DNA of 64,000 nt from a bacterium (lineage in GTDB: Bacteria > Pseudomonadota > Alphaproteobacteria > Rs-D84), in contig JAAVBP010000006.1 of assembly GCA_014803525.1 (NCBI GenBank), positions 5,430 to 69,429 of the forward strand, given 5' to 3'. How positions within the stretch are numbered: the first letter of the stretch is position 1; each line of letters opens with the position of its first letter. Both the position numbers and the translations under genes were made by a program. The notes below the pieces were generated by a model. It saw only the letters and a program-made list of their open reading frames with translations, ran no database searches and was not told the DNA's origin. Below are positions 1 through 9,460 of the stretch, in pieces.

Positions 1-574
1 TCGAAACTTTGAACGCGTCCGTCGTCTGCAGCGCGATAACCATTCGCTTGATCTCATCAAAGTTACGCCCGGTTGATGCCGGATAGTACAGTATGGCGCG
101 AATAATGCCCGCCGGATCAATGATAAAAACCGCACGCACCGCATGTGTGCCCGATGCGTTTGGATGAATCATGCCGTACAGTTTTGCGACATGCATCCCA
201 ATATCATCAATTACAGGGAACGTTATTTCCATATTTTCCCAGTCACGCCATTTAATATGACGTATTGCATCAATCCATGCCAGATGTGATGAAACGCTGC
301 CAACCGACAGGCCGACCAAAACTGTGTTTAATTCGGCCAATTCATCTTGCAAGGCCTGGAATGCCATAAATTCAGATGTGCACACAGGTGTAAAGTCGGA
401 TGGGTGTGAAAATAGAACAACCCATTTGCCGGCAAAGTCCGCCGGAAAGTCTATCGGACCGTTTGTTGTCATTGCACTAAATTCCGGCGCCGGATCGCCA
501 ATCAGTGGCATTGTCGGTGTTGCGTCATCTGTATATTCTGCATCGCACGGACATATATCAAATAAATCATGCAT
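1..574 (-). CDS. Peroxiredoxin, Prx6 subfamily (3' end runs off window)
   Basis: Manual translation from ATG at 574 gives [10 protein letters not shown]...[10 protein letters not shown]...[21 protein letters not shown]. PVCTxE is the Prx6 motif. SD-like AAGGGAG upstream. Confidence 0.9.
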   Translation of the reverse strand, partial: MHDLFDICPCDAEYTDDATPTMPLIGDPAPEFSAMTTNGPIDFPADFAGKWVVLFSHPSDFTPVCTSEFMAFQALQDELAELNTVLVGLSVGSVSSHLAWIDAIRHIKWRDWENMEITFPVIDDIGMHVAKLYGMIHPNASGTHAVRAVFIIDPAGIIRAILYYPASTGRNFDEIKRMVIALQTTDAFKVS

Positions 575-764
575 GTTTTTCTCCCTTGGTTTTACATGGA
601 TATTTTATCATTTTGCTATCCAATACTGCACAGGAGTGACTTCCCAAGGCCCGTGTCGGGCAAAAGGATCGAAACAATAATTTACCCTTGATAAAATATC
701 TCAGTCGGGTAAAATATGGTGTTAAGTTATGAATATAGATACGAGAGAAAAAGGAAATAAAAAG

Positions 765-1043
765 ATGAAACGTTCGGATATTATACGTACTATACAGGTT
801 CAGTTCAAGCATATGCGCAGTGCTGATGCGGCGGCTATATTGGATACGGTGGCCCAGCATATGATCGATTCCGTTGCATCCGGAAATCGCATCGAAGTTC
901 GCGGCTTCGGCACTTTTCAACCGCGCGCCCGGGCGACCAAGGTTGGATATAACCCATGTACAGGTCAACCGATGCACTTGGACGCGGGAACAACCATATT
1001 GTTTAAACCCAGCCGCGAATTGACCAAAAAAATGAATGGATAA
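765..1043 (+). CDS. ihfB: HU/IHF family DNA-binding protein, IHF beta-like
   Basis: RIEVRGFGTF...NPxTG...FKPSREL motifs. AAGGA upstream of ATG 765. Confidence 0.75.
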   Translation: MKRSDIIRTIQVQFKHMRSADAAAILDTVAQHMIDSVASGNRIEVRGFGTFQPRARATKVGYNPCTGQPMHLDAGTTILFKPSRELTKKMNG

Positions 1044-1046
1044 AAA

Positions 1047-2768
1047 ATGTTATTCGGTAAAAGATCTGGAATTAAAAATCGTAATCGTGAACGCTATGAA
1101 CGGGTACGTCGTCTGATGTGGATTAAGTGCACGTCATGCGGAAAACTGGTTTATTACAAAGATTACAAAGACAATCACTATATTTGCCCAATGTGCGGAC
1201 GTGCATTCATCATGAATCCAAAGCAACGCTTTGATTTATTGTTTGATGATATGAAATGGGAAAAAATCGCACTGCCGACGGTGTCTGATGATCCACTGAA
1301 ATTCACAGACAGAAAAGCCTACAGCGATCGTTTGCAAGAAATGCGCGCCGAAACCGGTTGCAATGACGCAATCACAACCGCCGATGGCACAATCGGTGGA
1401 ATCCCATCAACGGTATGCGTGCTGAACGGTGACTTTATGATGGGGTCAATGGGGCGTGCGGCCGGCGATGGCATTGTGGCCAGTATTGAACATGCCATTG
1501 CTGAAAAGCGTCCATTCATAATGGTAACCAGCAGCGGCGGCGCCCGTATGCAGGAAAATATTTTGTCACTGATGCAAATGGCACGCACAACGGTTGCAGT
1601 AAATCGACTGCACGAAAATGGCATCCCATATATAGTATTATTAACAGATCCAACATACGGTGGCGTGACGGCATCGTTTGCGATGCTGGGCGATATTCAT
1701 ATCGCAGAAAAGGGTGCACGAATCGGATTTGCCGGTCGTCGCGTAATTGAACAAAATATTCGCGAAAAGCTGCCGTCTAACTTCCAGACAGCGGAATATT
1801 TGTACGAACACGGCATGGTTGACATGGTTGTGCCGCGCACGGAATTGCATGACACAATCGCAAAGATTTTGGCGGTGTTAACAAAACAAAAACACGATCC
1901 AAAAACAATCAATATCGCAACACCGGCATCTGATAACAAGCCTGCACGTGGTATGGGTGAAACGACGGCGTATAACAAGGTGTTGCTGGCGCGCAATGAA
2001 AACCGTCCACATTTTTTGGATTATATAAACGGTATTGTAGATGACTGGACATATCTGGCCGGGGACAGACTATATGCCGAAGATCCAGCCATGGGCAGTG
2101 GTATCGGATTTTGGCGCGGCATCCCGTCCGTGATTATTGGGCAAGAGCAGGGACGCGACATCGCAACCCGTCAAAAACATCGCTTTGGCATGGCGAATCC
2201 GGACGGATATCGCAAGGCACAGCGCATGATGCGATTGGCGGAAAAATTTAATCTGCCTGTTATATCGTTGTTTGATACGGCGGGTGCATTCGCCGGACGC
2301 GAGGGCGAAGAACGCGGCCAGTCCCAGGCGGTTGCATCATCAATTGCGGTTGGGTTGTCAATAAAGACACCATATATCGCCGTAAACGTAGGCCAGGGCG
2401 GTTCGGGCGGCGCGATTGCAATCGGTACTGGCGACCGCGTTTTAATGATGGAAAACGCAATTTATTCGGTTATTGCACCGGAATCTTGCGCCAGCATTCT
2501 GTGGAAGGATAACAAGTACAAGGCCGTCGCGGCCCAGGCAATGAAACTGACCGCGCGCGATATGGCCGATATGCATGTAATTGACCAGATTGTCGCAGAG
2601 CCCACCGGCGGTGCCCACACCGACTGGCAAAGTACAATGGAGTATTTAGCCGATGCGGTTGAAAAAAACATTCTTGAATTGCAACAGGTGGCGCCGGAAA
2701 CATTGCCGGCGGCGCGCGGTGAAAAATTCTTGAAAATGACACGTGATATAGAAGGCGCTACAAAATAA
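1047..2768 (+). CDS. accDA: Acetyl-CoA carboxylase carboxyltransferase, fused beta (AccD) and alpha (AccA) subunits
   Basis: N-half has the C4 zinc finger (WIKCTSC...CPMC), FMMGSMG, SSGGARMQE and PTYGGVTASF. C-half has GMANPDGYRKA, DTAGAF, GGSGGA and YSVIAPESCASILWK. Confidence 0.93.
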   Translation: MLFGKRSGIKNRNRERYERVRRLMWIKCTSCGKLVYYKDYKDNHYICPMCGRAFIMNPKQRFDLLFDDMKWEKIALPTVSDDPLKFTDRKAYSDRLQEMRAETGCNDAITTADGTIGGIPSTVCVLNGDFMMGSMGRAAGDGIVASIEHAIAEKRPFIMVTSSGGARMQENILSLMQMARTTVAVNRLHENGIPYIVLLTDPTYGGVTASFAMLGDIHIAEKGARIGFAGRRVIEQNIREKLPSNFQTAEYLYEHGMVDMVVPRTELHDTIAKILAVLTKQKHDPKTINIATPASDNKPARGMGETTAYNKVLLARNENRPHFLDYINGIVDDWTYLAGDRLYAEDPAMGSGIGFWRGIPSVIIGQEQGRDIATRQKHRFGMANPDGYRKAQRMMRLAEKFNLPVISLFDTAGAFAGREGEERGQSQAVASSIAVGLSIKTPYIAVNVGQGGSGGAIAIGTGDRVLMMENAIYSVIAPESCASILWKDNKYKAVAAQAMKLTARDMADMHVIDQIVAEPTGGAHTDWQSTMEYLADAVEKNILELQQVAPETLPAARGEKFLKMTRDIEGATK

Positions 2769-2793
2769 AAAATGCCCCAACTGGGGCATTTTA
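2768..2793 (+). terminator. Intrinsic terminator after accDA
   Basis: aatgcccca-ac-tggggcatt hairpin followed by a T-rich tract. Confidence 0.7.
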
Positions 2794-2805
2794 TTATTTT
2801 CGTGC

Positions 2806-2834
2806 TTGCAATTCATGCGCGTATTCTATATAAT
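2806..2834 (+). promoter_or_regulatory. Sigma70-type promoter of tRNA-Ser
   Basis: TTGCAA-17 nt-TATAAT. Confidence 0.7.
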
Positions 2835-2851
2835 AACACTCGCAACCACGC

Positions 2852-2940
2852 GGAGCGTTGGCAGAGTGGTAATGCAGCGGATTGCTAATCCGTGACCGTG
2901 TTATAGCGGTCCACAGGTTCGAGTCCTGTACGCTCCGCCA
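2852..2940 (+). tRNA. tRNA-Ser(GCT)
   Basis: Acceptor stem GGAGCGT/ACGCTCC, anticodon arm gcgga-ttGCTaa-tccgt, long variable arm, GGTTCGAGTCC T-arm, encoded CCA. Confidence 0.96.
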
Positions 2941-2994
2941 TTTTTTATACACCAAATGGTATAAAGAAATGGTGGAAGATAAAGGACGGATTGC

Positions 2995-4419
2995 ATGAAT
3001 ATCAGACTTTTTAATACAATGTCGCGCAAAATCGAAGAGTTTAAACCGCTGGTGCCGGGCCATGTTGGTATGTATTCATGCGGCCCAACCGTATACCACT
3101 ATGCGCATATCGGTAATCTGCGCAGTTTTGTTTTGGCCGATTTATTAAAGCGTATGTTTATTGAAAACGGGTATGCGGTAACAAGTGTCATGAACATCAC
3201 CGACGTGGGGCACCTAACCAGTGATGACGATGATTCCGGCGAAGACAAAATGGAAAAAGGCGCCGCCCGCGACAACAAGTCCGTTTGGGATATTGCAAAA
3301 TTCTATACCGATGAATTCCTGCGCGACAGTCATGACATGAACTTGATGGAACCAACCTATCGTCCGCGCGCAACAGATTATATACACGAACAGATTGAAC
3401 TGGTTCGCAAATTGGAAGAAATGGGATATACGTATGAAATCCCTGGCGATGGAATTTATTATGACACGTCCAAGTTTGCAAACTATGGCGCGTTAACCGG
3501 TGGGGCATTGGCAGGAAATCGCGCAGGGGCCCGTGTTGAATTTAATGATGCAAAACGAAATCCAACAGATTTTGCATTATGGAAATTTTCACCAACTGAT
3601 AAAAAACGCCAAATGGAATGGGACAGCCCATGGGGCGTTGGATTCCCCGGATGGCACGCAGAATGCAGCGCGATGTCGATGGCGCTGTTGGGCAATCATT
3701 TTGACATCCATACCGGCGGCATCGATTTATCACGCGTGCATCACGCAAACGAAATCGCGCAAAGCGAACCGATAACCGGCGCCCCATGGGTGAATTATTG
3801 GGTTCATTCCGAATTTCTGGTGGATAAAAGCGGCGAAAAAATGTCAAAGTCTAAGGGCGAGTTTCTGGCGCTTAATGTATTAAAAGACCGCGGGTTCGAT
3901 CCGATGGCATATCGATATATGCTGTTGTTGGGGCACTATCAATCACAACTGGCATTTTCATGGGATGCATTGGACGCGGCCGCCAATGGATATAAGAATA
4001 TCGTGCGCCGCGTTGCGGATATTATGACATCCGCAACAAATGATGTTGATCCAATAGCATTTGATACATGGCATGATAAAATCCTGGGGCCGATGTCGGA
4101 TAACATGAAAACGGCAGAAACGCTGGTTCAGGTTCAAGAATTGCTGCGTGACGACGCAGTAAATCCGGCAACGAAAATTGCGCTGTTTGAATTTATTGAT
4201 CGTCTGTTGGGATTGCAGTTCGTCGATCGTGCAAATAAGTTGCGCGAACTAGAAAACGTTGCCGTCCCGGCCGAGGTTCAGGCCTTGGCCGATGCACGTA
4301 CAGCCGCCAAAGCAGAAAAAGATTGGACGCGCGCAGATGCCCTGCGGGCGCAGATCGACTCTGCCGGATGGATGATATTAGACACCAAGGATGGCGCAAA
4401 ATTAATCAAAAAATCATAA
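2995..4419 (+). CDS. cysS: Cysteine--tRNA ligase
   Basis: CGPTVY-HIGN, DFALWK, GFPGWHAECSAM and KMSKS motifs. Confidence 0.97.
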   Translation: MNIRLFNTMSRKIEEFKPLVPGHVGMYSCGPTVYHYAHIGNLRSFVLADLLKRMFIENGYAVTSVMNITDVGHLTSDDDDSGEDKMEKGAARDNKSVWDIAKFYTDEFLRDSHDMNLMEPTYRPRATDYIHEQIELVRKLEEMGYTYEIPGDGIYYDTSKFANYGALTGGALAGNRAGARVEFNDAKRNPTDFALWKFSPTDKKRQMEWDSPWGVGFPGWHAECSAMSMALLGNHFDIHTGGIDLSRVHHANEIAQSEPITGAPWVNYWVHSEFLVDKSGEKMSKSKGEFLALNVLKDRGFDPMAYRYMLLLGHYQSQLAFSWDALDAAANGYKNIVRRVADIMTSATNDVDPIAFDTWHDKILGPMSDNMKTAETLVQVQELLRDDAVNPATKIALFEFIDRLLGLQFVDRANKLRELENVAVPAEVQALADARTAAKAEKDWTRADALRAQIDSAGWMILDTKDGAKLIKKS

Positions 4420-4534
4420 AATCAATATGCCCGGGAACGCCGGGCATTACAGTTTTGGAAAAAATATATAAAAAAATGGCTTGAAAACGGGGTGTTTTTC
4501 AGCTATATTCTCCCCAGAATCAAGAGGAACATTC

Positions 4535-5053
4535 ATGAATTATCCATATATGCCAAAGTCCACAGCACTGTGGTTGGTTGAAAATACAGCACTGACATTT
4601 GAACAAATTGCGGATTTCTGCGGTCTGCATGAGTTAGAGGTAAAAAACATCGCTGACGCCGAAACAACCAAGGTTCAGGGTTTGAATCCAATCTTGAACG
4701 GCCAGGTGACGCGCGAAGACATCGAAAGATGCGAAGCGGATCCGTCTGCGCGCCTTTCGCTGCGCGAGGAAATTGTGCTGGCACAAAAAGCCCAAAACAA
4801 AAGGGGCGTTGGATATACACCAAAATTGCATCGCCAAAATCGCCTTGGGGGGATTTTATGGATTATAAAGAATTATCCAGAATTAACCGACGGCCAAATT
4901 GCGCGTCTGATGCGCAGCACGAATCCAACCGTTGCATCCGTGCGCAACAAAACCCATAATTCATATTCAATTATTCAGATTCAAAGTCCAATCGTCTTAG
5001 GATTGGTATCTGAATCCGCGTTATATGAAGCGGTTGCCAAGGCAAAGAAATAA
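4535..5053 (+). CDS. trcR: DUF1013 family transcriptional regulator (TrcR-like)
   Basis: MPKSTALWLVENTALTFEQIADFCGLHELEV is the DUF1013 N-terminus. GAGGA SD before ATG 4535. TTGAAA-17-TATATT promoter at 4481-4509. Confidence 0.88.
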   Translation: MNYPYMPKSTALWLVENTALTFEQIADFCGLHELEVKNIADAETTKVQGLNPILNGQVTREDIERCEADPSARLSLREEIVLAQKAQNKRGVGYTPKLHRQNRLGGILWIIKNYPELTDGQIARLMRSTNPTVASVRNKTHNSYSIIQIQSPIVLGLVSESALYEAVAKAKK

Positions 5054-5084
5054 TAGATCATTTTTTTAATTCGGGGGTGCGCGC

Positions 5085-7166
5085 ATGGCGAAAAAATTAG
5101 ATGAAGCCACAAGACTGCTTATAGATTCATTGCCGGAGAACTTGCAAAAATTGGCAGTGTCCGCCGTTGATGTCGGCTATTTGTCACAAATGGATTTTAA
5201 CGCTGCGACCGAAGCAGATGAGATCCCAGACGAAGAACAGGACGAAGTGTTGGATTTCTTTCAACAAGACCTGGGGCTGGAAATCGTTGAATCTGATGCA
5301 TTCCCACAAAATATGGATAAATACTATGACGAGGATGATTCTGACGGTCCGCGCGATAAAACACGGAATTTATTAAATGCCGATGCAGAACAGGTTGACG
5401 TCAATGACGATGATTACGAACATTTTGCAAAGCAGTTGGAACGCAGCCAAACCGGCAGCTTGGTCTTAGGTGTCCAGGATTCCGTTCAATCATATCTGAA
5501 ACAAATTGGCACAGTCCAATTACTGACGGCCGCAGGCGAAGTTGCAATAGCACAGCGTATCGAGGCCGCGTCACGTCTGATGGTATATGGCCTGTGCGAA
5601 AGCCCGATGACAATTCAGGCAATGTTGGATTGGTATCAACAGTTGTTAAACGAAGACATTCGTCTGCGATATATCGTAAATCTGGAAGTAATGTATTCAT
5701 CTGACGCAGAACAAAAATCGCTGGCCGCATTGTCCGAAGCCTTAAAGTCCAAGGGTGTTGAACATGTAGATGAACTGGATGATGACGAATTAGACGACCT
5801 GGAAGAATCAACCGCAACCGATGAAGACGATGAAGATGACGAAGATTCAGAAGACGGAATAAAAAAAGAAGAAACCCCGCGCGGCACATCTGGCGTTCCA
5901 ATTCCAGTTATGGAAGAAGCATTGATGCCAATGGTCACGGAATTATTCGCCAAGATCAAAAAGATTTTCAACAGCATGCAAAAATTACAGGCAAAACGCT
6001 TGGAAAATCTTTTAACATCTTCGACACCAGACGAAGCATTGGAAAAGAAATATGCAAAAATGCGTCTGGAATTATTTGAACATGTCAGCAAAATTCGCCT
6101 GAACGATGACAGAAATGCAGAAATCCTGGAACGTCTGACCCAGCGTGATCAATTGTTAATGGGACTAGAAGGAAAATTATTGCGCCTTGCAATGGCAAAC
6201 AAGATAAAGCGCGAAGATTTCTTGGCCCAATATACAGGAAATGAATTAAACCGCAATTGGGTAAAAACTTTGGCAAAGTCCAAGAATCCCGTATGGGCGG
6301 CATTTGCAGAAAAACATGGCAATGATATTTTAAAAATCCAAGAGGATATAACCGCAATCGCCCAAGAAACCGGCCAGCCGACCGCCGAATATAAAAAGGT
6401 GGTTGAATTGGTTCGTCGCGGCCAGACCGAGGCCGCACGCGCCAAACGTGAAATGATCGAAGCAAACCTGCGTCTGGTCATCAAATTTGCTAAAAAGTCC
6501 AGTAACCGTGGATTGGGACTTGATTTTTCTGATCTGGTCCAGGATGGCAACATAGGTTTGATGAAAGCGGTTGATAAATTTGATTATCGTTTGGGTAATA
6601 AGTTTTCAACTTATGCCACAAACTGGATCCAGCAGGGCATTTCACGCAGCATCGCCGACCAGGCGCGCACAATTCGTATTCCTGTTCACATGATTGACAA
6701 CATACACAAGATCCAGCGTGCATCACGTCAATTTATGCATAAATATGGTCGCCAGCCGACCGCCGAAGAATTGTCCAAGATAATTTATCTGCCGGTGGAT
6801 AAGATACACAAGGCAATGAAGGTAAATCTGAAACCAATTTCATTAGAGGCCCCCGTTGGCACAGAAGACGACAGCAGCCGCATAGAAATCATCGCAGACG
6901 AAACTGCAAAAAATCCGTTCACTTCTGCGGCCCAGAAAAATCTGCGTAAAATCGTTACCCAGATTTTGTCAGAACTGGATCCAAAAGAAGAAACTGTTCT
7001 GCGTCAACGCTTTGGTATGAGCACCAATAAAACCAGCACCCTAGAAGAAGTTGGCGAATACATCGGTGTTACGCGTGAACGTATCCGCCAAATTGAACAA
7101 AAGGCCTTAACAAAATTAAAGCATCCAACACGCGCCAGAAAACTACGCAGTTTCTTGGAAGACTAA
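5085..7166 (+). CDS. rpoD: RNA polymerase primary sigma factor RpoD
   Basis: Region 1.2 ([12 protein letters not shown]), alphaproteobacterial non-conserved region, [40 protein letters not shown]. Confidence 0.96.
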   Translation: MAKKLDEATRLLIDSLPENLQKLAVSAVDVGYLSQMDFNAATEADEIPDEEQDEVLDFFQQDLGLEIVESDAFPQNMDKYYDEDDSDGPRDKTRNLLNADAEQVDVNDDDYEHFAKQLERSQTGSLVLGVQDSVQSYLKQIGTVQLLTAAGEVAIAQRIEAASRLMVYGLCESPMTIQAMLDWYQQLLNEDIRLRYIVNLEVMYSSDAEQKSLAALSEALKSKGVEHVDELDDDELDDLEESTATDEDDEDDEDSEDGIKKEETPRGTSGVPIPVMEEALMPMVTELFAKIKKIFNSMQKLQAKRLENLLTSSTPDEALEKKYAKMRLELFEHVSKIRLNDDRNAEILERLTQRDQLLMGLEGKLLRLAMANKIKREDFLAQYTGNELNRNWVKTLAKSKNPVWAAFAEKHGNDILKIQEDITAIAQETGQPTAEYKKVVELVRRGQTEAARAKREMIEANLRLVIKFAKKSSNRGLGLDFSDLVQDGNIGLMKAVDKFDYRLGNKFSTYATNWIQQGISRSIADQARTIRIPVHMIDNIHKIQRASRQFMHKYGRQPTAEELSKIIYLPVDKIHKAMKVNLKPISLEAPVGTEDDSSRIEIIADETAKNPFTSAAQKNLRKIVTQILSELDPKEETVLRQRFGMSTNKTSTLEEVGEYIGVTRERIRQIEQKALTKLKHPTRARKLRSFLED

Positions 7167-7173
7167 TTGTTCG

Positions 7174-7200
7174 TTCCCGCCATTGCGGGAATATTTTATT
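7174..7200 (+). terminator. Intrinsic terminator after rpoD
   Basis: ttcccgc-catt-gcgggaa hairpin followed by tattttatt. Confidence 0.6.
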
Positions 7201-7214
7201 AAAAGGAACAACAT

Positions 7215-7814
7215 ATGAAAAAGACCGTTATATTTTGTACAGGACTGTCCGGCAGTGGAAAATCTTATTTTATACAAAATATGTTACCCACAGGACATTT
7301 TCATAAATTAATATCTGCGACAACACGGCCAATGCGCCCTGGCGAGGTTGATGGACGCGAATATTACTTTCGTGACGAAACATATTTTGACACCGAACCG
7401 TTGGCAACACGATTGTGGGTAAATCAGGCGCAATGGACCCCAGGCAAACCAAAATGGTTGTATGGTGTACCGGAATTTGAAATTCGCAATCATATGGACA
7501 CAAATATAGTATATGACGTGATTCAGCCAAAATATGCAGCCCAAATGCGTAACTGGTTTATAAACATGGGACTGGGGGATGAATATTTGTTTAAAGTTTT
7601 ATATTTTATTGCCCCAGAAAATAATTTTGATATTGCACAAAACCGTGCCAATATGCCAGACGATACAACAGTCCGCAAGGCAAATACATGTACGCCACTG
7701 GACTTTTTGCGTGCTGGGCTGGACATAGACTTTCTGGTTAAATGCAGCGCCGATGAGACAATAATCTCACCCAGGCTGCAAGCATTTTTGACCAAGATAG
7801 GTCGTAGACGTTAA
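7215..7814 (+). CDS. Divergent guanylate kinase-like P-loop protein
   Basis: GLSGSGKS P-loop and SATTRPMRPGEVDGREYYF Gmk signature. C-half is atypical. Ends GRRR. Confidence 0.75.
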   Translation: MKKTVIFCTGLSGSGKSYFIQNMLPTGHFHKLISATTRPMRPGEVDGREYYFRDETYFDTEPLATRLWVNQAQWTPGKPKWLYGVPEFEIRNHMDTNIVYDVIQPKYAAQMRNWFINMGLGDEYLFKVLYFIAPENNFDIAQNRANMPDDTTVRKANTCTPLDFLRAGLDIDFLVKCSADETIISPRLQAFLTKIGRRR

Positions 7815-7885
7815 TATTTTTTCTTTAAGATTTTTTTCTTATATGATAGGCTATGTACACTCACACAGGAGATGAGGAGTACGCA

Positions 7886-9460
7886 TTGAAATTCTATAAT
7901 TTCACATGGTCTGTCATAATATTTTTTTATCCAGTACCAGTATACGCCCAGTCATTTTATGGTGATACGTTTGGGGATGTTTTACACCTGGTTGAAGATG
8001 TATTTATATCAAAGACCGCAAGCCTATATACAAAACACATATACGCAGATACATCATTACAAATATACAACAATGGCAGTATCTATGGAGATTTGTTTAC
8101 ATGTAATGGGTGCGACATGCGTATACATTCCAACGGAGAAATTATCGGTCGCATACACGTGGCCCAGGACGCGACGCTGACACAAATAATAGAAACACCG
8201 GCCCAATTACGACAGTTGAATGTTGTGGGCAATTACTCTGTATTAATAAATAAAACATCTAATATCGCATGGCGCGACATCCAATATATTGCAAAATCAG
8301 CAGATAAAATAATCTTACATAATGCCGTTATAGATTTTTCCATATCTGACCTGCAAACTACTGCGCATAACAGCCCACAAATTGAACTGGTTGGCGAAAA
8401 TGAAATACATTTACATGATCTGGATGAATTCAATGACGTGACGATAATGAATAACATCACCGGCGATGGCACAATCAGATTAAATACAAATGTCCCCAAT
8501 AAGCTTTATGCCGCCTCAGCCACAATTGATAATGACACCTTGCATATTCACAAGATTCGCGAAACAGATTATTATAAAATACTTGGGACTGATATTGGGC
8601 AATATTTAAATTCACTGCGTCTATCAAATTCATCCGACAAATTAATCGCCAGACTGGATGCTGCACACACCATGGATGAGTTGCATCACATAATACATAA
8701 ATCTGTACGATTAAATCCGCGCCAATTAATTCAACCACTGGCGACCATTGCACAACATCGACGCGCCGCCGCAACAACTGATTATTATTCCAATGGATTG
8801 AATATTGCCACATCGCACATTGAACCATTTTATTTATCTGGTGACAATATATCAGCATATGGCGCAAACATAGATGTTGTGACGCCAATATCAAAATACG
8901 TACTGGGTGGAATAAACACTTTTATTGGCCAAGTAAATTTTAACGACCGCACCGATACAATAAATGGCACAGTATATGGAATAGGTGCATTTGCCCAATA
9001 CACAAACAGCGCATTTTATTCTATGACACAAATAGGCCACATCACAGGAAATTTTATAACGCCGGAAATTTATTATGCCGGCAAAACTTTTTATAATCCA
9101 AATGCAAACATTTCATACACAACCATTGATATCGGCCCGCACATAGTCAACACGTCTAATCTTCTTATCACGGCAACGCTTGGTGGCGAAATGGAATATT
9201 CAAGCATCACAGATCATAACGAATTCAAAAGCGCACTGCGGGGCGGAATTCTATCAAACATGACGCATCATGGCGTCGATCTGGTATACAATTATTTTAC
9301 ACATATGTCTTTGACAACAAACAGCGTGACACAAATCTCAATTGGAGTGTCTATAATGTCCGAACCGGATAATGTTGCAGGAAATATTGCCATATCACAC
9401 GTTAATGAAAACGGCGCGCCATCGTACCATGTGCGCGCCGGATTAAAATTTGGCTTTTAA
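7886..9460 (+). CDS. Secreted or outer-membrane protein, autotransporter-like
   Basis: Probable TTG start at 7886 after GAGGAG. Signal peptide ends VYA-Q. Beta-rich, with an amphipathic C-terminal strand ending in Phe (YHVRAGLKFGF). AT-rich. Confidence 0.6.
   Translation: MKFYNFTWSVIIFFYPVPVYAQSFYGDTFGDVLHLVEDVFISKTASLYTKHIYADTSLQIYNNGSIYGDLFTCNGCDMRIHSNGEIIGRIHVAQDATLTQIIETPAQLRQLNVVGNYSVLINKTSNIAWRDIQYIAKSADKIILHNAVIDFSISDLQTTAHNSPQIELVGENEIHLHDLDEFNDVTIMNNITGDGTIRLNTNVPNKLYAASATIDNDTLHIHKIRETDYYKILGTDIGQYLNSLRLSNSSDKLIARLDAAHTMDELHHIIHKSVRLNPRQLIQPLATIAQHRRAAATTDYYSNGLNIATSHIEPFYLSGDNISAYGANIDVVTPISKYVLGGINTFIGQVNFNDRTDTINGTVYGIGAFAQYTNSAFYSMTQIGHITGNFITPEIYYAGKTFYNPNANISYTTIDIGPHIVNTSNLLITATLGGEMEYSSITDHNEFKSALRGGILSNMTHHGVDLVYNYFTHMSLTTNSVTQISIGVSIMSEPDNVAGNIAISHVNENGAPSYHVRAGLKFGF

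Noticed and set aside
2852-2940. tRNA genes as integration sites of an island or prophage
   Set aside because: No integrase and no direct repeat of either tRNA 3' end found in the window.
6373-6767. 17-bp direct repeat gccagccgaccgccgaa inside rpoD
   Set aside because: Both copies encode QPTAE in frame. No flanking structure, so likely coincidental.
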